A stretch of DNA of 64,000 nt from Lytechinus pictus (taxonomy: Eukaryota), in the NCBI RefSeq assembly GCF_037042905.1, contig NC_087251.1, forward strand, positions 27,964,001 to 28,028,000, given 5' to 3'. The translations under genes were made by a program, and so were the position numbers. Of the stretch, positions 27,401 through 39,400 are shown piece by piece. Each line of letters begins with the position of its first letter. The first letter of the stretch is position 1. The notes under the pieces are model-generated. The model was given only the letters and a program-made list of their open reading frames with translations, did no database searches and was not told the origin of the DNA.

Positions 27401-30400
27401 TTTTCAGGGTTGAAAATGAGCAGGTGCATTTTTATGCTTCTGGTGCATGTATAACTTGATATTTTCTGCATCTAAGTAATGAACGTTAATTATGCATGAT
27501 TGAAATCGACACGTAAATGAATTTCCCATATTTTATTAGTTTTAAAAGGCCTAAAGGTCTTAACGCTGTTCAAGCATCAGCTTTAGTTGAAAAAGAAAGT
27601 GGAGTGATTTCTTAAATGTCATCTGAAATTTTTTTTTTAATTTCTATTTCCTTTTTCTTTCTTTCTCTCTGATGAAAATTAGCACTATTCTTACCTGTAG
27701 CCTATCCCACCAAATAAGGAAAAATTTCAAGCAATTCTGAATGAGGTTGTTCAAAATTGAATGCATGGTTACAGAAACAAAATGATTGCCATCTTTGTAC
27801 ATGTTTCAAATAAAATGTTTGTATTTCTTTAAAAAAAAAAACAAGTGGAGCGCCTCTGGCAGTCTTGCCTAAATAATGCAATTCAATATAGCAGCAGTGC
27901 TGACTTTGAAAACAACTATCAAATAATTTTCACAAAAAAACACAACTAATATAGTATGATACTGGGTTCATTGACCCTAAATGACATTTGACCTCGATTA
28001 TGTGACCTAATGCTTGTGTTGTCGGAAAGGTACTGACAACAGCAAGGGGAGTGAAAATGATGAAGTGATAGAATGGAAGGGGAAAAAGGGAGAGGGAGTG
28101 GGATGATAAAGAGAGAGAGGAAAGAAGGACGAGAGGAGGGAGCAGAAGTGATCTAAAAATGATTCTAATAAAATCAACAATTGCATATACCCAGTAGCAA
28201 CATGTCTTTGATGCAAGCCACTTGTAATAATCATTATGTAGATAGATTGAAACAAAATTGCAACAATAAAAGGACAAAAATTCAATTGCTACCTTTCATG
28301 CATTTTATCCACTGTCGAAATCTTATCGAGATGTGAATGTGCTGACAAACAGCAGGGGGGGTCAAAAGGATGAAGGGATTAAAGGGAAGAGGATATTAAT
28401 AGGAGGTAGTGGAAGGATGAAGAGATTGAAGAAAGGAATGGAGGGGGGGGGGGAGAGGAAGTGATCTAATGAAGATGTGAATGTACTGATAAACAGCAAG
28501 AGGAGTGAAAACAAAATAAGTAATGAGTCTTTTAATTGTTTGTATTTTTTATACATAACCAATTCAGCCATTTGGCTAACTCTTGTTTTTAATTAACCTT
28601 AAATCAAATTGAATTGAATCAAAATTGAAGGGATAGAAAGGAAGAGGAAAGAAAGGAGAATGAGTGGAAGGATGAAGAGAGTGAAGAGGGAAGTATGTGA
28701 AGTGATCTAATGAAGATATGAATGTACTGATAAACAAAAACAAAAACAAGAGGGAGAAAAAAGATTGAAGGAAAAAGGAAAGAAAGGAGTGAAAGGATGA
28801 AGAGAGTGAAGAGGAAAGGAGGTGAAGTGATCTAATGAAGATATGAATGTACTGATAAACAGCAAGATGGAGAAAAAAGGATAAAGGGATTGAAGGAATG
28901 AAGAAAGAAAGGAGTGGAAGGATGAAGAGAGTGGAGAGGGAAGGAGGTGAAGTGATCTAATGAAGATATGAATGTACTGATAAACAGCAAGGGGGAGAAA
29001 AAAATATGAAGGGATTGAAGGAAAATGGAATTAAAGGAGTGGAAGGATGAAAAAAGTGAGAGAGAAGGAACGAAGGATGGGAGGATAGAGAGGAAGTGAT
29101 ATGATGAAGAAGTGAATGTACTGACAACAGCAAGGGGAGTGAAAAGGATGAAGTGATAGAACGGAAGGAGAAAAGGGGAAAGGGAGTGGGATGATAAAGA
29201 GAGTGAAGGAAGAAGGAATGAAGGACGGTAGGAGGGAGCAGAAGTGATCTAATGAAGATGTGAATGTACTGACAAACAGCAGGAGGGAGGAGTGAAAAGG
29301 ATTAAGGGATAGATGGGAAGGGGAAATACGGAAGAGGGAGTGGAAGGATGAAGAGAGTGAAGACAGAAGGAAGGAGATGAAGTGATCTAATGAATATATG
29401 AATATACTGATAAACAGCAAGAGGGAATAGTGAAAAGAATGAAGGGATTGAATGGAAGATGAAAGAAAGGATGAAGAGAGTGAAGAGATAAGGAATGTAG
29501 GGATGATGGAAAGTGACCTAATGAAGATATTAATGTTTTTTTGTAAAATCAATTTTTTATTTGGGGGTTTCAAGAAGGAAATTGGCACTGGCGTAAATTC
29601 AAATGGTGAACCTATCATTCAAGTGGGGGGTGGGATGATCTATCGTTTCATTCCCCCATGTGAATAGTATGACATCAGTTTTACGCCAATGGAAATAGGG
29701 AAAGAAGAGGAATGAAAACAGAAAAAGGTAATTATAGGGTGGAGATAATGGGAAGGTAAGATATAAGGAAGAGTGAGCAGAGTGGGGACAGAAAGCAATG
29801 ATGTTGAGGGAGGTAGATGGAGGGAAGAATCATGAAGAGTGTATCCAAAATTTTGAAAATGTAGAAAGGAGATAGAGGGGGATAGCAAACAACTATTAAT
29901 ACCAGGAATGTAAAGGACGGATACAGAGAATCAATAATAAACAAGAAAGACAACAAAGGGATAATGAGGTGGTTAAATTAACAAGTAAAGGGATATGAAG
30001 GGTAGAAAGACAACTTTTTACCTCTGGTTTGAAGATATCCCCTTCCTTGATAAAACATGAGAATGTTGAATGCCATACATGTATAAGCATGGAGGCTGGG
30101 TAGAGATCTACACCTGGCCCTGCCTGAAACTCCAAGGCACCCTTATCATACAAAGTTACCTTTGAATACACAAAAACAGAAGAAAAAAAACTATCATGTT
30201 ATTGTTTTTAATGAAAGTATTGATTATAGTGATATAATTTTCAAAGGCAAATGCAAAAAGAAAATTGTGGTTGAGAAAAAAACACTCTAAAAGAAATTTA
30301 GGAAGTTCTTTTTCCCCCAAATGAGTAATTAGTGCAAAACAAAGTGTCATGATTGAATAAAAGTAGTTAAAAATAGAGACACTGATATCCACTAATTCAA

Positions 30401-33400
30401 GAAAATGATATAGAATTAGAATGTTCAGGCATTTCCAAGTGTACTAGCAACCATGATCTCCTACCATAATGAAAGAATCACTATACCCTCTAGAATGCAA
30501 ATAATAATAACTGTTGGTCAAAGATATTTATGTGTGTGCATTGGTAATGTATACACTTGGTTATTGCATTTATGGGAAAGGAAAGAGCAAACAATTTATA
30601 TCTAAGATAGTACATGTTGGAAAACACTTTTATTTGGTGCATACACCGGATACTGATAAAGTTCATTCTGACTTTGACAGTTTGAAGTATCATCAACGAT
30701 GAAAATTTGAGGGCTCATCACATGATTCAATTTTTGCCAATCAAACAATTACTGTATGAGGAATTTAAGGCATTATATCATTCCACTCTTCATGTTAAAA
30801 TATAGAAATACTTAATTGAATATAATTAATTGTAACAAACAATGAGTAGCAAGATTTCATTCACAGTAAAGGATACAACTAATTTCAGTGTAATAAACCC
30901 CTAAAAAAAATCTGCAACTCAATTTTGAGGGATGATATTTTTTTGTTACTGAGATATAAAAGATGAAACTGGTATCATTGAAAAGCTCAATTATTCCTCT
31001 TTACAATGATGTGCCATCTGTTGTGTGATTAAGTAATCATGGAATGGGCAGTTATCCTGTATATCGGGAAAAGTCAGAAGTGGAATGTTGCAAAATGCAT
31101 TGTTATCTAACCAGTCTCCATTTCTACAGAATTTTGACCATGCAGGCGGGTGGCAGCGGATGTTTTACAAAAGTGTCAGTGGCAAATGGTGCTTTTAAAT
31201 GAATGAAATGTGCTTGAATGCTATTCAGGTAGTCATTGATGAAGGCTAAAGACTTGAATTGTGCATATTATGCTCTTTCATTTTAAAGATTTTAGTGTGT
31301 GTTTGAGGTAAAAGTGTCATTTTCTGAGTGGTGGTTTGTAACATGTTTCAAGATGCCTCGCTTATCAAATCTCCTCAAGGCTCAAATAATCGGACAGCTC
31401 CAAGCAGGTGTACCCCAAAAAGATGTTGCAATTTGGTTTGGGGTGAGCAAAAGTACCATTTCAAGATTGCGTTCAAATTCCTTGAATTAGGGGAAGTTAA
31501 AGACAGGCCAAGAAGTGGGTGTCCAGGGGAAGACAACTCTGCAAGAAGATCGGTGCATCGCACTCTCACATTGCTGCATGTTTATCATGTCTGCGCATTC
31601 CATGATAACATTAACATTACAAATGACACATTCATGCTTTCCAATGATACCACTTTTACATATGATGATGGCACACTACGAAATTTATTACTGCTCAAAC
31701 TTGAGTTGCAGAACTTTTTTGAGGGGTTTATGTACAGTAGATTACAAATTAAGTGATTATTTTTAATTGGCTAATGCACTACAGGATACGTTAGCAAGGA
31801 AAAAAATACCTCTCACAAATCTCTTTATTCAATTAATATTGCATGATTTTTAGTAAAAAAGAAATTACTGAAAAAACTAGAAATCTTTAAACTATTCAAT
31901 GATTAGCATTTGTACCTCATATCTGATTGTGTTGTTTAATTTATACTTGAAGAAATGTGCATCAATTCCAAGAAGTTCATCATTGGACACTTCAACAAGA
32001 GCTTGTAGGTTCTCAATATCTACACTGCCATGACTGATACTAATTTCCAAAGAGATGGCAAATTCAAAAATTTCATTTTTGTCGAGGTAAATGGTAGATG
32101 GAAGTGTTTTGGTGTCCTCTGGAGTGTTTCCATATGGCTGTGAGGTAAAGAAAAACAGATATATACACATTCACATGTAGTTGGAAAACACTTAACGGAT
32201 AGATAAGAAATGGAAATTCTTGAAAATCCCGAATTGCTAACCATAAGATGTCAATCACACAAAAGAATACAGTTCATATAATTCACTATTAATACAATAA
32301 ATATGTTTCTTATCGTTGTGACGTTGTGACGTTACGGACGCGAGCGTCGCGTAACGTTGGGGAAGTACAATAAGAAACAAGATGGCGGCGTAAACATCGG
32401 GCAAGTCTCTTCCGTCTTTTCACAATATTTTTTTGATGAATTCTTGTTTTAAAAATAACAACGAGAGCGTAGAAATGTCGGAAATGAAGTTTTATCCCAT
32501 GTACATGATTTAGAGCTAGATCTTTTAGAAGGAAAGTAGAAATCTCGGGGGTGAAAGTTTCAGGTTTTGGCTTCCATTGTGTGGGTCTATGGGATAGAAG
32601 CCTGGCTTCATGAGAGTGACCTTACGTTAGTAAATGATTTTTACTCTCTAGAAGCCACCTGGCTACCCTAGACCTTGTAGTTCAAAGTCCAGAGACTTAT
32701 CAATTGAGCATCAAACCTTTACGTTTCCCTCAACAATATTGACCTATTACTAAAGCTTTAGACAGGCTTTGGTGCTCATGGGAAAAAACTATTCTATTTT
32801 CATAGATTTCAGAGTCCTGCTTATCATGAAGGCTCTGTGATTTTAAATCAAACAATAGGCTAAATCAAGTAAAAAGGCAATATTTACACGTAGGATCTAC
32901 TCATTATTATCATTCTTAAGAATTTACAACTAACCTGCAAGTGGTAAGCATAAGGATCAATATGGATGCTTGATTCCATGTCTTTATTTCGGAAAAGATA
33001 CTGATGAAAGTCACGATATGTGTCTGTTTCTCCATACCACCTGCGAAAGGGATTGTGGGAGACTTCAGCAATTTCCTGAAAAAAATAGAAAGATGTATTC
33101 CTCAGCAATGATTTTTCTCAAATAATGATCAGTCAGGATAAGTTTCTTTTGTAACAAGCAATACATTTGATTTTCTTTGAAATCTGACTTAACAATGCAA
33201 TGGTTTTACAATTTAACTAAGAAATGGATAAATAAAGCAAGTGGTAAAAGTTCAAGTTCAATAATGGTTGATCCAAAAGCATAGTGATATCCAGGCAGCA
33301 ATCAGGAGATAAAATGTGTTACATCGTGTTATGTGTTACAGGTGTATAATGAATTGATAGGCCTATTATAAAATAACCATTAGAAAATTTCCATGGTAGG

Positions 33401-36400
33401 GAATCCGAAAGCTATGTACACCAAATTGCATGCCAATTTTAATGAAAAAAATAAATATTTATGGGAAAGTGACTACAGTGTGATGAACGATTCCTCTTGA
33501 TAACATCCATGGAGACTATAATAAGTCACAAAAAGAATAGAAATCCTGAAAAGCATAGAAAATCTGCAATAAGGAGTTCTATTTTATTGAAATCCTTTTT
33601 TTCCTACAATTTCATTAGTACTCAAGTGGGTAGCATAATTAGGATCACTTCAAAATCCAGTAAGTTCACAGCATTAACAAGTTCACTAATTTTTTAAGAC
33701 ATTCTTTATATATTTATCTTTGTTATACATCAAATTTCTTTTAAATTCAGCAATGAAAAAAATTCCCATGTTGCTAATTTGAAGATTCAAAGTGATCAAT
33801 AAATACTTAAGATAATTCTTAATCTAAATGGGGTATTGTCAAATGTCTTACATTGTCCTTGACTGTCTGAAGGTCATCTTTTTGTTCCAGCAGGTGATGC
33901 ACAATAACTTGGTAGATCATTAGTGATTTCTCTGTATGCCTGTTGCTCTCTGCCAACTGGGGTGCAGCGAGATAATATCTTTCTCTACGCTCAAATAGAA
34001 AGCTTCCCAGATTTTCAAAGTTGACTTGACTGTATGGGCATTCATATTCTAATAAAGGTGACATTCTCCTGTGGGATAGGCATGAATATCAAGACTTAAT
34101 TTTGCTTGACACTGTAATCTGACCACTGATTTAAGTCTGTTTTCACTTCAGTTTTTACTTCTGCTGCAAACCCATAATGAAGCATCATAAAAATTACCTG
34201 ATTATCATAGTTTTATGAAAATGTCTTTATTTGTATGCAGAATTATGATTATAGCTATCTTATTCATCAACTTAATAATCTACCAACGTATTATCTCATA
34301 CCAATTATTTCAACTGAGTTCACCGAAAATACTACTAACCTATTTGTAAGATTTCTAATTGGGATTTTTGAACATTCGCCTTCCTCTAATTTTCAAAATG
34401 CCAAATCATTGATCTTTGTCATTTTACAGTAATTGAGGCAAAGGCCAATTTAAAAAAAGGATGAACTTTAACTCGATAACTAAACACTGTCATTATTTCA
34501 TATTAAGCAATTTTAACATATGGACTAACTAAAGCTGTCATTTTTTTCTTGAGGACAGAAATCAGCATTTAGGGAAACAAAAAGAAGGGTAGCAGGGTAA
34601 AAAATACATTTTTGGTAAAGTGGCTGTTTTTCTTCAACTTTTCATGTCAAACTACATTTTGTATTGAAGCTTTTAACAGGGCTCTATTGCAAAGATTTTA
34701 ATTTTTAGCAGGGATGAATTTTTTCTGAGTGCTAAAAATGATTTTTCTCACCCCTCATCGTCTCCTTCATCATGACCCTCCTCCTCTTCATGACCTCCCT
34801 CTTCTTCTCCATGATGATCCTCCTCCTCTTCCTCCTCTTCTCCATGATGATCCTCCTCTTCTTCCTCTTCTTCCTCTCCATGATGATCCTCTTCTTCTTC
34901 CTCTTCTTCCTCTCCATGATGATCCTCCTCTTCTTCTTCCTCCTCTTCTTCTCCATGATGTTCCTCCTCCTCCTCTTCTTCTTCTTCTCCATGATGTTCC
35001 TCCCCCTCTTCTTCTTCCTCCTCTTCTTCTCCATGATGTTCCTCCTCCTCTTCTTCTTCCTCCTCTTCTTCTCCATGATGTTCCTCATCTTCTTCTTCTT
35101 CCTCCTCTTCTTCTCCATGATGTTCCTCTTCTTCTTCTTCCTCCTCTTCTTCTCCATGATGTCCCTCCTCCTCTTCTTCTTCCTCTTCTCCATGTTCCTC
35201 CCCCTCTTCTTCTTCCTCCTCTTCTCCATGATGTTCCTCCTCCTCTTCTTCTTCCTCCTCTTCTTCTCCATGATGTTCCTCTTCTTCTTCTTCCTCCTCT
35301 TCTTCTCCATGATGTTCCTCCTCCTCCTCTTCCTCTTCTCCATGATGATCCCCCTCTTCTTCTTCCTCTTCTCCATGATGATCTCCCTCTTCTTCTTCTT
35401 CTTCTTCTCCATGACCACCACCATGACCTCCTCCACCATGATCTCCTCCACCACCGTGACCTCCTCCTCCGCCCTCGTGATCATGCTCTAGCTCTACCGC
35501 AGCATACGCATACATACTGTTTGCAAGTATTTCACCAGGATCAATTCTCCTTCTCATTAGGTCCGTCTCATTTGAGCTCCTATAGGCAATGAACTATAAA
35601 GTAAAATATATAAAAGGGAAGCTTAAGAACTGTTGTGAGCAAGTTTTTAAATGCTATGATGACATATATATACATGTACATATATATAAAATAACCTTGG
35701 GTTAGAATTTAAAATGATAGTTCTAATGTTGTGCCTGTACGTGTCTTGCCTGTGCTATGCAGGCATGGCAAACAAAGAAACATATATTTCAACATTTCGG
35801 CGCAAGAAGGCTGTTTATAATCCCTAATCAGTTAAGTCTTTTTGGCTGTTCTATGGCCGGAGGTTAAATCAACCTCCCCTGAGGTCTTGCTTATGCTTAT
35901 TTAATTGTAAATCATACTTTCTGCTCTTATACACTAAATAAAGCGTCTAGAATGCAGATTTTTTTTGTGTGCAAATAAATTCTTTGCAGCATTCTTACAA
36001 CTTTGATTAAAGAAAATTATTTTATCCATCACTTGATAAATTTCTTATACAGATCTTTGTATTTAGATATGTTTTCTCCTTGGGGTGCCAAATTAATTGC
36101 ACAAAATTTTTAAGCATAAATATGCTAAAATCAATTAATTTCAGCCAATGGCCATGAAACGATCACAAAGTATAGAAATCTCCATTTGCATAAACAAAAT
36201 CATGTTTTGAAGCATCTTTGGGTCTGATATGTTTTACAAAAATGCTGCGTAATTTCAGAACCACATACCCAGGCCTCACAAAAGAAAGTCAGTGACAAGC
36301 CCAGTAACAAAAATTTGCATGGCAGAATGGTTGCAGAAAATGTTGAGGGGTGGTTGGATCCAATCCACCCCCCCCCCCTCTTACCCTCCCATCTCCCGGA

Positions 36401-39400
36401 GTTTTTAAAGTCATATTTACCCTTCAATATATTTCATTTTTATGGTTGAAAATGGTTATTTTGAGGTGATTTTAGTTTCTGCAAATTTCACTGGTCACTC
36501 ATTGCTAACTTTTACAATATGTAATTTGGTAGTTAAAAACATTAATGAAATCAAACTGAATACTTAGAAATTTCCTATCCGATACCAAATCATTGAAATA
36601 CACAATATAAAAGGCATAATCATTTTCACTGAGTGATTAATGCAAAATAATAATTATATATATAAATGTCAATATATGAATACAGATGAAGTTTTATTTA
36701 TTAAAGTATTGCTAATTACTTGTTTTCCCATTTCCATATGAAAATAACAAATAGTTTCAAAACATGATATCCCTTTCATAATACAAGTTTTAAAATGTGG
36801 TCGTTCACTTCAATCTCTATACTCAAGCATTTTTGCTCGTCATAACTGATCCCAACATTTAGAAATATATACCTCATAAAGAGTACCCCACGCATCATAG
36901 TAGACAGAGATTGTGACAAACACGTCATGAGAGGGGTCTGCAAGCTGTTGGCCAGTGAGTCGAAGCATTCTACCCCAGCCAGGAGACGGCCTCAGCTTCT
37001 TAAGATAAACATTGTCTCCAATCTCACCATACCAGATCTAACATTTCAACACATGAAAACACCTTACTGATATTCAATATTTTATGTTAAATATCCTTTA
37101 TGAAAGATTATGTTTTACAGGTGTCAAAGATAATCTCAAAAAATCTGTAGCTACCAATCTCCTCTGATATCATCAATATTTGGTACATGTTCTTATTTCC
37201 GTGTCATAAATTATGAATATTCTATCTATAATTTAGCTTCATATATATATGCAATTATACAAGTGAAAATCAATTAATAGTATCAGTAATAATAAAAACA
37301 ACCTGAGGGAAGAATTCAAATTTATATTTACTCCAAAAAGGGACAAACTTAATTAAAATTTGTTTTCTGCAAATATAAATTAGAATGAAACTTATGTTTA
37401 TACAAAGAACCAATCAAATAAATTTGAAAGTAAAGCATCAGTTGCATTAAACCACCCAGTCAATTAACATTTCAATCATTTTTTTTAATGACATCCCCTC
37501 CCGTCTCTCCTATTCCTGACCTGCAATTACTAGTAAAAAAAGCTTTACCTCCTGATCTTCGTTGAGTAAAGCAAATGAAGGATCTTTGCCAACTACAAAG
37601 ATTGAGATTGCAGAATCAGATGTGTATTCCAGCAGGACATATACTGTCTTTCCATTGTCAGGACTAGATAAGTGTATTGGTAAAAAATACAAAGAAAAAT
37701 AAAACTTCTAGAGAGAATTTGATAGAGAATTAATTAATCACCACTGTACGTCTGCAACCATAAAAAAATGTTTAGATTCGGCATGATATACAGTAGCCAT
37801 CACAACTGAAGAAAGAAGGAAGTACATGTACAGTATCATAAATGCTATTTGAGATATAATTATATCATGCGTATTTCACTTGAGAAAACATTTGATGAAT
37901 TTGTAATTTCTCTTGTAATATTTTGGCATGTACAATTTTTCATGTAAAAAAATATGCTCTAAATGTACCTTTATTTGTTGTTAATTTATCATGATAAAAT
38001 GAAAGTCATCAATATATTTACAGATGGAATTTTACAACCTTATAGAACCTTTATTTCTGGTCATAAAATTGCAGTGTGTATGAAACTGTCTGATAGTAAT
38101 TGGAAAAGGCTGATCATAATGCCCCTCAAAAATAGATTTGCCCTAAGATATTGAACGGGCTACAACAACAACTTGATGCAATCCTGTCATTGGTGAATAC
38201 AAAAAAGAATGTATATAGATAATAATAAGAAATTTATTAATCGCATAATAGAAAAAGCTCTCTCTATGTGCTGTCCAGTGTAAGAAATAAATATATATTA
38301 ACATAGTATAAAACAAACTGTAAGAATGCAAACTAGCAAAAGGATAGAAATTACTGATATGAGAGATTACCTGCAAACAGATAATTTAAGAAAACAATTT
38401 TAGCTGATTTTTCATCATTCACCATGATATGAGAACATTAAACCTGTTGCAGTGCCACACTTTTCCCACATAATCTAAAAAAAAACAAGTGGAATGCCTC
38501 TGGCGGTCTCACCTGCATCACGCGATTCAATATAGCAGCAGTGCTGACTTTGAAAACTACTATAACTCGCATAAGATGTTCAGTGATACTTGGTTACTCT
38601 TATTTCCATGTTTTATGAACTAGACCAATACACTTACAGAGATATGATGGTAATTCAACAAATACCCCCAACGTGGCCAAAGTTCATTGACCTTTGACCT
38701 TGGTCATGTGACCTTAAATGCGCACAGGATGCTCAGTGATACTTGATTACTTTTATGTCCAAGTTTTATGAACTAGACCAACATACTTTCAAAGTTATGA
38801 TGGTAATTCAACAGATACCCCCAATTCGGCCAAAGTTCATTGACCCTAAATGACCTTTGACCTTGGTCATGTGACGTGAAACTCATGCAGGATGTTCAGC
38901 GATACTTGATTAACCTTATTTCCAAGTTTCATGAACTAGGTCTATATACTTTTTAAGTTATGCTGACATTTCAAAAACTTAACCTTAGGTTAAGATTTTG
39001 ATGTTGATTCCCCCAACATGGTCTAAGTTCATTGACCCTAAATGACCTTTGACCTTGGTCATGTGACATGAAACTCAGGCAGGATGTTCAGTAATACTTG
39101 ATTAACCTTATGGCCAAGTTTCATGAACTAGGTCCACATACTTTCTAAGTTATGCTGTCATTTCAAAAACTTAACCTTAGGTTAAGATTTGGTGTTGACG
39201 CCGCTGCCGCCGTCAGAAAAGCGGCGCCTATAGTCTCACTCTGCTATGCAGGTGAGACAAAAATGAAAGTTCACTTATTTTATTAAACAAGTGGAATGCC
39301 TCTGGCCGTCTCACCTGCATCACGCGATTCAATATAGCAGCGGTGCTGATTTTGAAAACTACTATAACTCGCACAAGATGTTCAGTGATACTTGGTTACT

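Noticed and set aside
34732..35484. Protamine-like Lys/Arg-rich ORF, plus Leu/Pro/His and Phe-rich ORFs on the + strand
   Set aside because: Alternative frames of the same purine repeat. Only the HHG-Glu frame is continuous with conserved CATSPERG sequence and fits both splice phases.
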